A stretch of DNA of 64,000 nt from an uncultured Methanosarcinaceae archaeon (GTDB lineage: Archaea > Halobacteriota > Methanosarcinia > Methanosarcinales > Methanosarcinaceae): positions 1 to 64,000 of the forward strand of contig CAVRJG010000019.1 in NCBI GenBank assembly GCA_963721455.1, written 5' to 3'. The translations under genes were made by a program, and so were the position numbers. This document shows, one piece after another, positions 10,425 to 21,174 of this stretch (positions are counted from its first letter, which is position 1; every line of letters starts with the position of its first letter). The notes under the pieces were generated by a model. It had not been told where the DNA came from. It was given only the letters and a program-made list of their open reading frames with translations, and did no database searches.

Positions 10425-10928
10425 TTACTTCCATGCCGTTTTATAGAGCACCACAGTCAGAATTCCAGGGACTGATTCCGCAGGATTCAGTTCAATGATC
10501 ACAGGCACAGAGGCTGCAACTTTCTCCCGGCCTTCCATGAAAGACTCAGGCTCAGCATTATCCGGCTCGATCCGCCAGTGCCATTTGCCGTCCCCTGTTC
10601 GGATTTCAACCAGAAACAGATAATTTCCGGAAAAAGCTGCAAAAAGCCTCTCTCTTTCCCTGATTCCCTCAGGGCTCGAAAGTTCATCGAGAGCAGCTGC
10701 CGAAAGCAGGCTGGAAGTTTCCGCTTTCAGGACAGGGGCTTCTGCCAGGTTCTCTGCAAGAAGGGAAGCACTCTCATAATTTTCAAGAGCAAAAGAACGG
10801 TCTTCATATCCCAGATACGTCTGTGACATCAGGGCTGCAAGAACCATAAAACCTATAACCGCAAGGGCTACGGAGAGAAGATCGGCATGGGGTTCAAGAA
10901 CTCCCCTTTCATCCCTGAAAATTGACAT
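10425..10928 (-). CDS. Pilin-like protein
   Basis: MSIFRDERG/VLEPHADLLSVALAVIGF; start placed at ATG 10928. Confidence 0.75.
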   Translation of the reverse strand: MSIFRDERGVLEPHADLLSVALAVIGFMVLAALMSQTYLGYEDRSFALENYESASLLAENLAEAPVLKAETSSLLSAAALDELSSPEGIRERERLFAAFSGNYLFLVEIRTGDGKWHWRIEPDNAEPESFMEGREKVAASVPVIIELNPAESVPGILTVVLYKTAWK

Positions 10929-10968
10929 GCGCTCTGTTTTTACAAATTTTTTGACCGCTTCCAGCAGA

Positions 10969-11598
10969 CTACTGATAAATAAGGATATAACCAAAAGCAG
11001 AAACTCCCTCCCTGTCCTTCACATAAATAAGTTCTTTCTTTAATGAGATATTCTTACCCGGGTCTAAAACTGCTTCTTTTGTCCCCAGCACCTGAAGAAA
11101 AGCCTCAACTTCCGGGTAATCAGCTATAAGGGGAGCTTCCCTGCTGCCTTCAGCCCCAAACCTTATGCGAAGATTTTCCTGAAGTACGGATTCGTTAAAG
11201 GGCAGGACCCTGAAGGCAAAGGGCCTTACAGCCCTGAAACTCTTTCCATCGGCTTCGGCTTCCAGATAGACATATTCTCCCGAAACCCGTATTTTGATAT
11301 CTCCCCCAAAAGGTGAATCCCTAAAAATTTCTTTTTCTTCAAAACAATAGGAAGACTCCTGAAATTCACCCTGAAACTCCTGCTGAAATTCCCTCTGGAA
11401 ATTCTTTGATCCTGTTTCATCTACTGCAGTTTTGAAATCCCGGGCTAAAGAATCAAGCTGTTCCTGCGCCTCAAGGCCCTCAAAACCTGCAACCAGATGA
11501 AAAAGCGCTGCAAAAAGAATAACGCTTGCTAGAATCAAAGCCGCTTTTGAGATCAGAAAATCGGCCCAGGCTGAATTGTCGCGAACAAAATCCCTCAC
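10969..11598 (-). CDS. Pilin-like protein
   Basis: GTG at 11598 after AGGAG; VRDNSA/WADFLISKAALILASVILF. Confidence 0.75.
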   Translation of the reverse strand: MRDFVRDNSAWADFLISKAALILASVILFAALFHLVAGFEGLEAQEQLDSLARDFKTAVDETGSKNFQREFQQEFQGEFQESSYCFEEKEIFRDSPFGGDIKIRVSGEYVYLEAEADGKSFRAVRPFAFRVLPFNESVLQENLRIRFGAEGSREAPLIADYPEVEAFLQVLGTKEAVLDPGKNISLKKELIYVKDREGVSAFGYILIYQ

Positions 11599-11629
11599 AG
11601 CAGATCTCCTCCTTAGTGTCGGATTTCCT

Positions 11630-12133
11630 TCAGAACCCCTTTTCGGAAATAAGCACGAAAAGCCTTCCCGACTTCGATTCGATCTTTGTTGAAAGAAGCA
11701 GCCTGTGCCTGCCTGATCCAAGAGATACTGGCCCGTTAAGTTCAGGATTTGAGAAAGAGGCATCCGAATAATAGAATGTGGTCTTTTCTCCTGTGCGGAT
11801 GAAGTAATCATTCGCATCCGCAGGCCATTTGTCCTGCCGCCCGGGCAGGCTTCCAAAATCCACTTTTACTCCTTCGGGAATCCTGAGTTCCAGCATAACT
11901 TCACTTCCCTCCCCATGCATTGAGAGCTGCCCGGCGGCAGCCGTAAGCTTTGAAACCTCGTCCAGAGCTGCCTTTTCCTTTGCCCCGTCCAGGAAATCAT
12001 AAAGGTAAACGGTGGAGAGAAGTAAAATCACAGCAAAAAGGATGCCTGAAACCGTAAGCCTGAAAGGAAGCGAAATAACTGCGGATTCGTCAGTTTCAAT
12101 CGGACCGACTAAAATTGGAGCCTTATTAGCCGT
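11630..12133 (-). CDS. Pilin-like protein; the start codon appears to be ACG
   Basis: Frame is open from ACG 12133 (GGGGGAG 6 nt upstream): ..IETDESA/VISLPFRLTVSGILFAVILL. Confidence 0.65.
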   Translation of the reverse strand, partial: TANKAPILVGPIETDESAVISLPFRLTVSGILFAVILLLSTVYLYDFLDGAKEKAALDEVSKLTAAAGQLSMHGEGSEVMLELRIPEGVKVDFGSLPGRQDKWPADANDYFIRTGEKTTFYYSDASFSNPELNGPVSLGSGRHRLLLSTKIESKSGRLFVLISEKGF

Positions 12134-12374
12134 AAACTACTCCCCCGAGCATAGAAAGAATATGGAGACTGTAGATAACAAATTTAGTCTGTTTGAGTAT
12201 AAAAAATTTTTTCCTGTTAGAAAAAGGTACTACAGACAAATTAAAAAACTCTTCAATAGGTAAAAAATCAAAATGTAGAAAAATTGGGGTTAAAAAGTTA
12301 AAATGTAAAAATAATAAAAAACATGAGCAGCTTAATAAGTTGGTAGAGCAGATTAACGAGTTAGAATCGGAGAA

Positions 12375-12527
12375 ATGATGATAAAAAGAAAGAGAGATAA
12401 AAGCAATTTGGTAAATGATGGAATAAAATTAATAGTTCAATGCAAATACGGAGGACTTTGTATTAAGCACCCCAGGACTATGGCAGATGTAATTTGCACA
12501 GGATGCGAGAGAGAAATAATAAGGTGA
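12375..12527 (+). CDS. Putative 50-aa four-Cys microprotein
   Basis: MMIKRK..QCKYGGLC..ICTGCEREIIR; GGAG just upstream; below the ORF-track cutoff. Confidence 0.35.
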   Translation: MMIKRKRDKSNLVNDGIKLIVQCKYGGLCIKHPRTMADVICTGCEREIIR

Positions 12528-12760
12528 AAATACTTTTTTCAAAGCTGAATAAAATCGGCTTTCTCTTTTGTGTGGATCGAACAAGAAGATAGTAAGCTAA
12601 TTTCATTTGATAGCCTTCTAATCTTCCAGGGCTCCCTTACTTATTTTGCTTTTTTTGCTTACTTTCATACAGTTTTTTGAAACAGTAATGCGTAAATCAA
12701 TAGTATTGGAAAACAATATCAATCGGGTCTTTTTCAGACGTGCGATTTTTATATAATTTA

Positions 12761-12874
12761 GGACTTAAGCGTTTGAATTTAGGATCAATAGCATTAACCC
12801 TTTAACGGTCTAAAATATGAATTTTAATCACAACGTTTATTGTACTTGAATTTATACCTCAAGTGCGTAAGTCC
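12761..12874. mobile_element. 114-bp MITE-like element
   Basis: Inverted ends GGACTTAAGCGTTTGA / TCAAGTGCGTAAGTCC (13/16 match); a related lone end at ~16114. Confidence 0.65.
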
Positions 12875-13401
12875 GAGTCTTTTCTCAGTAGAAATTGCAG
12901 TTTTTCCTGCTGAGAAATTCAGATGTATTTTTTGTTAATTCAAGGTTTGAAAAATTTTTCCTTTTCTTGCATTTCTAGTTGCTGTTGTTTCTTCAACAGT
13001 TCTTTTAATGTTGGTGGAACCGGGCACATATTCGCAGGTTTTTTGTTATCCATAATGTATATAGGCTTTGTTTCTATTTTTACCCTTGTTAGAGATGCTT
13101 GTTTTCTTTGATAGTATTATCTTTCCTTCTGAGTGAGAGTGGTGTGCCCCATATTCTATAAAATACAGATATCAGAAAATAAGGTTTTTAAAGCCTTTAA
13201 ATCAAAAAAGAAGGAATTCAGTTATTACTAATAGTAATTGTCGGACAGCCTGTAAAGGAAGGGGTATTCGTGACCCTCTGCGCTCCCGAGGTAATAAATA
13301 GATTATGTAAGGAAAATACATATCTGTATTTTTCGAAATCTATTCAGTACAATCGTATTGTACGATTTTCTCAGCATTTCAAATTTATCCGACGAAAACT
13401 A

Positions 13402-14614
13402 GTGTCGAGTCAACAATAAAATGTCGTAAATTTTATATTGTATATTATTCATAAAGAATCCTGGAGGATTACTTATGAATAGATACACTGTGACACTTAC
13501 CAAAGATGAACGTGAAGCTCTTTGTGAACTTACCTCAAAGGGCAAACATAACTCACAAAAAATCCTCAATGCTCTGATCTTACTTAATTGTGATAAAAGT
13601 GAATGGAATGTTAACCATTCAACCAATGAAGAAATCTCACGTATCCTGAATATTAGTATGAGAAAAATTGACCGTGTTAAGAAACGATTTGTTGAAGAAG
13701 GTCTTGAAGTTGCTCTCAACGGGGAAAAAAGAGATCGTATTTATGCTAAAAAAGTTGATGGTGATTTTGAAGCCCATTTAGTTGCCCTTAGTTGCAGTGA
13801 ACCCCCTGAAGGTTTTGCAAGGTGGTCTTTGAGATTGTTAGCTGATCAGGCTGTAGAGCTTGGCTATATCGAGAATATTTCTCATGAAACAGTTCGTCGT
13901 ACTTTAAAAAAACGAAATCAAACCCTGGCAAAGGAAAGGATGGGTAATTCCCCCGGAACAAAACAGTAGCTTTGTTGCAAATATGGAAATGGTTCTGGAT
14001 GTTTATAAGCGTCCATTTGATCCACGAAATCCTGTTATATGTATGGACGAATCCCCAAAACAACTGATTGCAGAAACCAGGATTCCTGTCCCCTGTTCAC
14101 CGGGGAAACCAGCCAGGTATGATTATGAATACAAACGTTGTGGAATGTGCAATATATTCCTTGCCTGTGAACCATTGGCAGGAAAACGAATGGTGAAAAT
14201 TACTGAAAGAAAAACCAAGCGAGATTGGGCTTGGTTTCTGGAAGAAATTGCACTTCAACAGGAAAATTCAGATAAAATTACGCTGGTGATGGACAATCTA
14301 AACACGCATATTCCAGGATCTCTCTATGAAATATTTCCACCAGCAAAGGCGAAGGCTCTATGGGATAGGTTTGAGTTTGTGTACACACCAAAACATGGAA
14401 GCTGGTTGAATATGGCAGAGATTGAATTGAATGTACTTACAGGTCAATGTTTAAAAAGGAGAATGGATAACATCGAGGCTGTTAGGAAAGAAGTATTAGC
14501 CTGGCAAAAGTTCAGAAACAACAAAAATGCAAAGGTTAATTGGCAATTCACAACAGAAGATGCAAGGATAAAATTATCACGTCTTTATCCGACACTTGAG
14601 GATTGACGCGACAC
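13402..14614 (+). mobile_element. IS630-family insertion sequence
   Basis: IRs GTGTCGAGTCAA / TTGACGCGACAC; TA (CTAG) on both flanks; two-ORF transposase. Confidence 0.93.
13475..14606 (+). CDS. IS630 transposase (orfA 13475-13969 and orfB joined by a frameshift at the A7 run 13906-13912)
   Basis: HTH with RWSLRLL; DDE motifs MDESP, VMDNLNTH, TPKHGSWLNMAE; the shifted frame reads KKNEIKPW.. Confidence 0.9.
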
Positions 14615-15031
14615 TAGTTATGAAATTTAATAATGGAATCGTTATTGAAAAATACATGTCATTTAGTATTGGGTAAGTGAATACAACAATTGCAAGACCA
14701 AGGGAAAAGAAGCGAACACTGCACATAGATTTATTAAATTTGATGGGTCATTGGCTTCGTTTTTATGGTAAGTCTAATATTTGTGAGAAACGTGTAATAA
14801 GGTATAATAGTAATTAAGAAGAAAAAAATATTAATCCTAAATATTGTTGAGTATTTTCATTTTGGCTTGAAGCTAATAACAATCCAAAAATTACAATATA
14901 TGTTTGAGCTAAACGCTCTTTTTTTTCAATTTCGTTCTCTTGCAATGCTATTTCGTTTATCACGTTGCACAAACTTTCTTTAAAGTATATATAAATGTTT
15001 AGAAATTGGGAGAAATTGGATGGTGCGCCGA

Positions 15032-15292
15032 TTTAGCATAAAAGTACATGAGGAGATCTTCCTCATGTGCTCTCATCTTCCTCTTTTCCCATAATTGCAA
15101 TAATTCCACTAATTATTTTGATACGTTGATCAACCGAGAATATCTCAGTCTCAACAATATTGATTCTCATCATTTATGCAAGATGACCATAAAATTGTGG
15201 CAATTTTCCTTGCTAATGCAATAATTGCCTTTGCATGTCACTTCTTTCTCGGCCGCATTAGCAATTTGCGTTTGTTTCTGGCTTACTTCGTT
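15032..15292 (-). pseudogene. IS110-family transposase C-terminal relic
   Basis: Fragments KAIIALARKIATILW and TEIFSVDQRIKIISGIIAIMGKEEDEST*; terminal hairpin at 15044-15070. Confidence 0.65.
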
Positions 15293-15446
15293 GAAAGACT
15301 AATTGATATTTACGTTCGCAACTAATATGTTAAAGATATGTGAAGATGCTATTCCGTTAAAAGGATTCACCGGGGATAAAAGGAGAATATGAAGGGGATC
15401 AAAATGAGGGACTGACTCTGATGGATATAGATGGGACTTCTGGATT

Positions 15447-16079
15447 GATGCTATTCCCACAATTTTCGGTCTGGAATCTAAGAAGCCAGAAGTAAAGGGC
15501 ATACTACCAATCGAGGTTCTTCCCAATCTTTCGTTGATGTCTATAGGTTTTCTACTCGAAAATAAAGATTCCCCCATCATCTGGAGAGGGCCGTTAAAAA
15601 TGGGGATTATCAAACAGTTCCTGGAAGATGTCGTCTGGGGAGAACTTGACTTTCTGATTATAGATCTGCCTCCAGGCACAGGAGATGAACCCTTGAGCTT
15701 GGCCCAGTTGATCCCCAATATTGATGGTTCGGTAATTGTTACAACTCCTCAGGACGTAGCTCTTATTAGCGTCCGCAAATCAATCGGATTTTCTGAAAAA
15801 CTCAATGTTCCTATTATAGGTATTGTCGACAACATGCATGGGCTGATCTGCCCTCACTGCGACAAGCCAATAGAAGTGTTCGGCGGAACCGGAGGCGTGG
15901 AAAAAGCCTCAAAAGATTTCAACATCCCTATCCTTGCCAGACTTCCGATAGAGCCAAAAGTCGCAGAAATGGAAGATAGAGGCACGGTTGTCCAGGAAAT
16001 GCTTGAACACAGCACGGAATGGCAGAAGAACTTCGAAAATATTGTGAGTGCAGTAGAAAAAATCCTACAGGAAAAATAA
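15447..16079 (+). pseudogene. mrp: Mrp/NBP35 (ApbC) ATPase, N-terminally truncated
   Basis: IIWRGP, LDFLIIDLPPGTGD, VTTPQ and CPHC present; no GKGGVGKS P-loop in frame. Confidence 0.8.
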
Positions 16080-16244
16080 GCGAGATCAGTAGTTGAAGAA
16101 TTTAACGTAGTTAGGAATTACGCAGTTGACTGAAAAATCAATTACAATCAAATTGCGGGCGGCCACCACACCCAAAACAGGCTGTCCGACAATTAAATTT
16201 CAGGGTAAAAAGATAATGAAAAGAAAAAGCTTTCAACTTCACTT

Positions 16245-17474
16245 TCATGAAACCTTTTCAATAATCTCTTCCAGCGTCAGAAGCTCCTGTTCTCCTGAAA
16301 CCATATCCCTCAGCGTAAGTTTTCCGGCTTCAAGTTCTTTTTCCCCGACTATGACCGCGTAGTCGGCGTTGATGGTATTTGCATAGGAGAGCTGGGCTTT
16401 AAAATTGCGCTCCATAAGGTCTACATGGACTGGCAGATACTTTCTTAATTCAGTTGCAATTTTTGCGGCTTCCAGGTGAGTATCAGGCTTTGAAATCAGC
16501 ACAAGGCTTTTGAGCGCTGGCTGTTCGAGAGGACAGATCTCCATAATCCTGTCAAAACCTATCCCGAAACCGGTTGAAGGCACGTCTCCGCCTCCGAAAA
16601 GCTGGATAAGCTGGTAAGAGCCTCCTCCGCAGACCTGCTTCTGGGCGCCGAGACCCTCGCCATAAACCTCAAAGACCATGCCGGTGTAGTAGTCGAGCCC
16701 GCGTGCAATCCCGAAGTCAAGGGAATAATCGACTCCGTATGCATCGAGAAGCTTGAGGGTCTTTTCAAAGCTTACAAGCTCAGGGATATTTCCTACTATT
16801 TTCTTTACATCCGGCAGGATATACCTGCCTTCCAGTTTAATCAGGTGGAAAAGATCGGACTTAAGCTGCTCTTCTGCCCCGATTTCTTCAAGCAGGGCTT
16901 CAAGACCTGCATACTCTTTCTTATCTACAAGCCTCATGGTCTTGCTTACGATTTCGGGTTCAAGGCCGCTCAGAAGCGTACGTATGACCGCAAGGTTTCC
17001 GAGCTTCATCTCGCCTTTGACTCCGGCTGCTTTTAACAGGGCATCGGCAAGAGCAATAACCTCGGCATCGGAATCGGGTTTTCCGCTTCCTATAAGTTCA
17101 ACCCCGAACTGCCAGAATTCTCTGAAACGGCCTTTCTGGGGACGCTCATAGCGGAAACAGTTTTCAAAATAAAATAGCTTTAAGGGTTTCGTAGATGACT
17201 GGAGTTCGTTTACATACAGGCGCATGACAGGAGCAGTAAGTTCCGGCCTGAGGGTCATTTCCCTGCCCCCCTTGTCCGTAAAATTATAGAGTTCCCCTAC
17301 GATTCCTTCCCCGGACTTCAGGGTGAAAAGGTCCAGATGTTCAAACGTGGGCGTAATGACTTCACTGTAGCCCCAGTTGCGGGCAACATCTCGCATAACA
17401 CTTTCCACGTATCTTCTCCGGGCAGTATCGGCAGGTAAAAAATCCCGGGTCCCTCTTGGTCTATTAACTGTCAT
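16245..17474 (-). CDS. hisS: Histidine-tRNA ligase
   Basis: [38 protein letters not shown]. Confidence 0.97.
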   Translation of the reverse strand: MTVNRPRGTRDFLPADTARRRYVESVMRDVARNWGYSEVITPTFEHLDLFTLKSGEGIVGELYNFTDKGGREMTLRPELTAPVMRLYVNELQSSTKPLKLFYFENCFRYERPQKGRFREFWQFGVELIGSGKPDSDAEVIALADALLKAAGVKGEMKLGNLAVIRTLLSGLEPEIVSKTMRLVDKKEYAGLEALLEEIGAEEQLKSDLFHLIKLEGRYILPDVKKIVGNIPELVSFEKTLKLLDAYGVDYSLDFGIARGLDYYTGMVFEVYGEGLGAQKQVCGGGSYQLIQLFGGGDVPSTGFGIGFDRIMEICPLEQPALKSLVLISKPDTHLEAAKIATELRKYLPVHVDLMERNFKAQLSYANTINADYAVIVGEKELEAGKLTLRDMVSGEQELLTLEEIIEKVS

Positions 17475-17930
17475 TTTTAAATGCACCTGATAACTATCGA
17501 GTTTAGAAAATTATTTTAAGGCATAAACCGCCATTTCATATGTATAACTCATATATATTCCCTGGTTTACTGAAGTGCGGATTCCCTGGTTTGCTGACGT
17601 GCGAATTCAGGGCCTCTTCAGTTTTCCAAACTTTATACCATCTTCTTAATACAAAATATACTCTTTTTTTCAGCTATTCTGGATGGTAGTAGTTAAAAAC
17701 AAGCTATTTTACTTTTTCGATGCTATCCGAAATCAGAGAAAACGTCACGAATTAATAAGATGAATAAAGACTAAATAAATATATTTAGTTTGTAAAATAA
17801 AGTAGAATGGATTCCAAATGAGAGAGTTTTCGCAATCAAACAATTGTAAAGCAAATAAAGGCAAGTTTACGTTGAATAATATAATAAGCAGATTAATATA
17901 CATGATTTACACTAAATATTTGCGATCACC

Positions 17931-19421
17931 GTGTCCGAGCAAAGAAGTGTACCTTTAAGGGAGCATCTACTGGCCCTGAAGCCCTGCCTGCATGGAGGGC
18001 TGATTCAGGAAACGTCTGAGACTTACGGGATTCCTGAAAGCGAAATTCTTGACTTCAGTGCAAACTTTAATCCTCTGGGAAACCCCTTTGAGTACCCGGA
18101 AAGCGGGTTGAATTTTGACGATATCCTTAAAAAAAGCCTTGAAAAGCTTATGGAGTACCCTGACAACAGATATCTGGAGTTTCGGGAGGCTGCCGCAAAG
18201 TTCGTAGGGCTCGGAGTAGCTCCGCAGAATATCATTCCGGGTAATGGTTCAACGGAAATTGTCAGGCTTGTAGTCGAATGTGTCGCTGAAAAAGGTGACA
18301 TCATCCTTCTGCCGTGGCCGATTTTCGGGGAATATGAAATGCAGTGCCGGATCATGGGAGCAGAGCCGCAATACCCCAGGCAGGACGAGGTAGAAACACT
18401 TCCTGATGAAATACTGGAAAAAGCAAAAATCCTTTTTATTTGCAACCCAAACAACCCTACAGGACAGCTCCGTACCAGAGAAGAAATCAAAGCTCTTGCA
18501 GAGCGCTGCAAAAAGCATAAAACCCTTCTTTTCGTGGATGAAGCATTCATCGAACTCTCTGACCCTGCGCAGAGTGTTGCGGACCTGGCAGCAAACAACA
18601 ATTACGTTTTTGTTATGCGTTCCCTTACAAAGGACTTTGCAATTCCCGGAATCAGAATGGGCTTCGGGATAGCTTCCCCTGAAATGGCTGAGGTCCTGAA
18701 TACTGCCAGGCTTTCCTGGAACCTCGGAACTGTGGCAAACGCTACAGGAACCGCACTTCTTAACATCGAAGGCGGGATGGAAAACCCATACCTGAAAAAA
18801 GCAAGGGCTGTGATCCGGGAAGAAGGAGAAAAGCTCAAAGCCAAACTCGACAGGATCAGAGGTTTTGAAGCCGGGGAAGTGAATGTAAACTTTATCTTTG
18901 TTAACATCAGCAAATTCGTGCTTGACTCAAGCGAATTAAGTAAACGCATGGCAGCGCGTGGAGTCCTGATAAGGGACTGTGTTTCCTTCCACGGCCTTGG
19001 AAAAGATTACATAAGGGTTGCAGTCCGGACAGCAGAAGAAAACGACAGGCTGATTGCTGCAATCGGGGATGTAATCACCGAATGGGGCAGAGAACAGGCA
19101 AAGCACGAGCTTCAGAATGTGATCGAAAAAGCCACTGAAGAAGGCATAGGAGGCAGGAAGACCTGCGAATACTACCCCTGCCACTTCGAAGGCCAGAACT
19201 GCACCTTCTGCTTCTGCCCGTTTTATCCCTGTGAGAACGAGCGCACCGGAGGAAAATGGATCCAGAGCTCAAGAGGCGGCAAAATCTGGAGCTGTGTTGA
19301 CTGTCACCTTGTCCACAATAAAGAAATAGCCCAGAAAATCCTTGACTGCCTCATGCAGGAAGGAGACACGGAAGAACTTGTGAAAGTGGCCTGGAAAGAA
19401 GTGATGGAGCCTATCCTATGA
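17931..19421 (+). CDS. cobD: L-threonine-O-3-phosphate decarboxylase with C-terminal Cys-rich domain
   Basis: HGG, LDFSANFNPLG, SLTK PLP lysine; CEYYPCH..CTFCFCPFYPC tail; cob operon context. Confidence 0.92.
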   Translation: MSEQRSVPLREHLLALKPCLHGGLIQETSETYGIPESEILDFSANFNPLGNPFEYPESGLNFDDILKKSLEKLMEYPDNRYLEFREAAAKFVGLGVAPQNIIPGNGSTEIVRLVVECVAEKGDIILLPWPIFGEYEMQCRIMGAEPQYPRQDEVETLPDEILEKAKILFICNPNNPTGQLRTREEIKALAERCKKHKTLLFVDEAFIELSDPAQSVADLAANNNYVFVMRSLTKDFAIPGIRMGFGIASPEMAEVLNTARLSWNLGTVANATGTALLNIEGGMENPYLKKARAVIREEGEKLKAKLDRIRGFEAGEVNVNFIFVNISKFVLDSSELSKRMAARGVLIRDCVSFHGLGKDYIRVAVRTAEENDRLIAAIGDVITEWGREQAKHELQNVIEKATEEGIGGRKTCEYYPCHFEGQNCTFCFCPFYPCENERTGGKWIQSSRGGKIWSCVDCHLVHNKEIAQKILDCLMQEGDTEELVKVAWKEVMEPIL

Positions 19422-20404
19422 TTGTGCCGGACAGCGGACACCTTGCTCTGGTACTTCTGCTTGCAGCAGCCATTGACATAGTTTTCGGGGAGCCGCCTGC
19501 TGCCGTACACCCTGTCGTATGGATAGGAAAATTAATCAGCTTTTTAAAAAATGCAGCTCCAAAAACGCACAGGAAACTGTATGGAGTTGCAATGGCTCTT
19601 TGCTGTGTTTTTTTCGCAGCTTTGCTGGGTTACTCCGTCCTTTACATTGCAGCCCTTCCGGGAATTCCGCGCATTCTTGCACTTTTCATAGAAGCATACT
19701 TCCTCAAAGCCACCTTTGCCATCAATTGTCTGCTGAGTCCTGCAAGGGAAATTTACAGGCATCTTGAAGAAAACAGGCTTGAGAAAGTCAGGGAACTGCT
19801 CCCAATATATGTAAGCCGGAATACTTCCAAACTAACCAAAACCCAGATGTCTTCCGCAGTTATTGAGTCGGTATCCGAGAATTACGTAGACGGCATCCTG
19901 AGCCCAATTTTTTATTACGCCCTTTTCGGGGAACTCGGCCTTGTGGCTGCATATGTGTTTAAAGCCATAAGTACTCTGGATTCCATGGTCGGATACAAAA
20001 CCGAACCGTACAGGGAGCTGGGATATTTCTCAGCGAAATCCGATGATGTATTGAACTGGATTCCTGCCCGGATATCCGTCATATTCATTCTTGCCGCAGC
20101 TATTACAGTGGCTCTGCTCTCGAAAAAGCAGGGAAAAACAAACCCCCTCAACAGTATAAGGAGCGCCCTGGCAGACGGAATGAAGACTCCATCCCCCAAT
20201 TCCGGCTATCCCATGGCAGCTACTGCAGGAGCTCTCGGAGTCAAACTCGAAAAACCCGACTATTACATACTTGGGGCTTTATACCCCCCGACCGAAGTAA
20301 AAGATATAAAAAGGGTATCCCAATTAATAGCAATTGCTTCAGGATTCTCACTTGCTGCTTTTGCGGCAGTGATCCAGATAGCAGGGATTCACCTGTATCT
20401 ATGA
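19418..20404 (+). CDS. cbiB: Adenosylcobinamide-phosphate synthase
   Basis: GEPP..HPVVWIG, TLDSMVGY, SPNSGYPMAA. Confidence 0.93.
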   Translation: MIVPDSGHLALVLLLAAAIDIVFGEPPAAVHPVVWIGKLISFLKNAAPKTHRKLYGVAMALCCVFFAALLGYSVLYIAALPGIPRILALFIEAYFLKATFAINCLLSPAREIYRHLEENRLEKVRELLPIYVSRNTSKLTKTQMSSAVIESVSENYVDGILSPIFYYALFGELGLVAAYVFKAISTLDSMVGYKTEPYRELGYFSAKSDDVLNWIPARISVIFILAAAITVALLSKKQGKTNPLNSIRSALADGMKTPSPNSGYPMAATAGALGVKLEKPDYYILGALYPPTEVKDIKRVSQLIAIASGFSLAAFAAVIQIAGIHLYL

Positions 20405-20614
20405 CCCCCTTCTTTATTTGCCGGATCCGCGCTCTTGCCACAATCCGGATTTTGTGCGGAAACAGGACTTTGAGAAAACCGGAACAAGCCCGAAAGATAT
20501 TACTCTACTGGAACAATAAAACCCACCACAAACCGGCAAAGTTTAAAGCCAGTTTAAAGTGTTAATGATTTTCGAAAGAGAATGTAACAGTTATAAAAAT
20601 CCCGGAGTGATCGT

Positions 20615-21157
20615 ATGAAATTATCAGATATTGAGGAAAGGGACCTGAAAAAAGGGCAGCCTGAGGAAATAGAGGGAAAAGCTACAGTCGACATCCTCGA
20701 TGTCCTTGCTGAAGAAGGCATCAGTATCCAGGATCTTGCAGACACGGCTCTTGAGATGTATGTCCCGCATCCCGGACTTGAGACCAGGGAAAAAGCAGAC
20801 GCTTTGTTTAGAAGGGAACTCAAGTACGCTCTTTCGGACCCAAACCTCTGCCTTCTGATTTATTCCGGGATCCTGCTCGAGAGGGAAGGAAAGGCAGGAA
20901 CCCTTCCTAACCTCAGCAAAAGTTCCTATGAAAAGGACCTGACTTTTATAATTGCAGACGAGGTGCTTGGCACAAGCATTGCAACCTACATCAGCGGCTC
21001 CAAAGGCGCGTTCGAGTTTGTCAGGTATGACAAACAGAAGCCCGGAATCCTTGCACATCTCGGGCCTTTTATGGATGACGTGATAGGGGGCCTTATAGGA
21101 GGCGTTTCCTCCAATATGTATTCAAGAGGTATGGCAGAGTTTGAAAGAAAGGACTGA
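20615..21157 (+). CDS. cobZ: Alpha-ribazole phosphatase (archaeal)
   Basis: [29 protein letters not shown]; lies between cbiB and cobS. Confidence 0.88.
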   Translation: MKLSDIEERDLKKGQPEEIEGKATVDILDVLAEEGISIQDLADTALEMYVPHPGLETREKADALFRRELKYALSDPNLCLLIYSGILLEREGKAGTLPNLSKSSYEKDLTFIIADEVLGTSIATYISGSKGAFEFVRYDKQKPGILAHLGPFMDDVIGGLIGGVSSNMYSRGMAEFERKD

Positions 21158-21174
21158 AAAACAGGCGGTACTCA

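Noticed and set aside
10969-10971. Extra pyrrolysine read-through at TAG stops (also 8387, 12137, 13967)
   Set aside because: Read-through gives no fusion to the next gene and no convincing extension
11599-11856. N-terminal extensions in the ORF track (also 34759-35019 and 48351-48527)
   Set aside because: They overlap neighbouring genes or promoters; downstream starts with an RBS or signal peptide fit better
12875-13153. Interrupted minus-strand reading frame
   Set aside because: Internal stop and no recognisable homology
17557-17604. 24-bp tandem duplication upstream of hisS
   Set aside because: Only two imperfect units; no evidence of function
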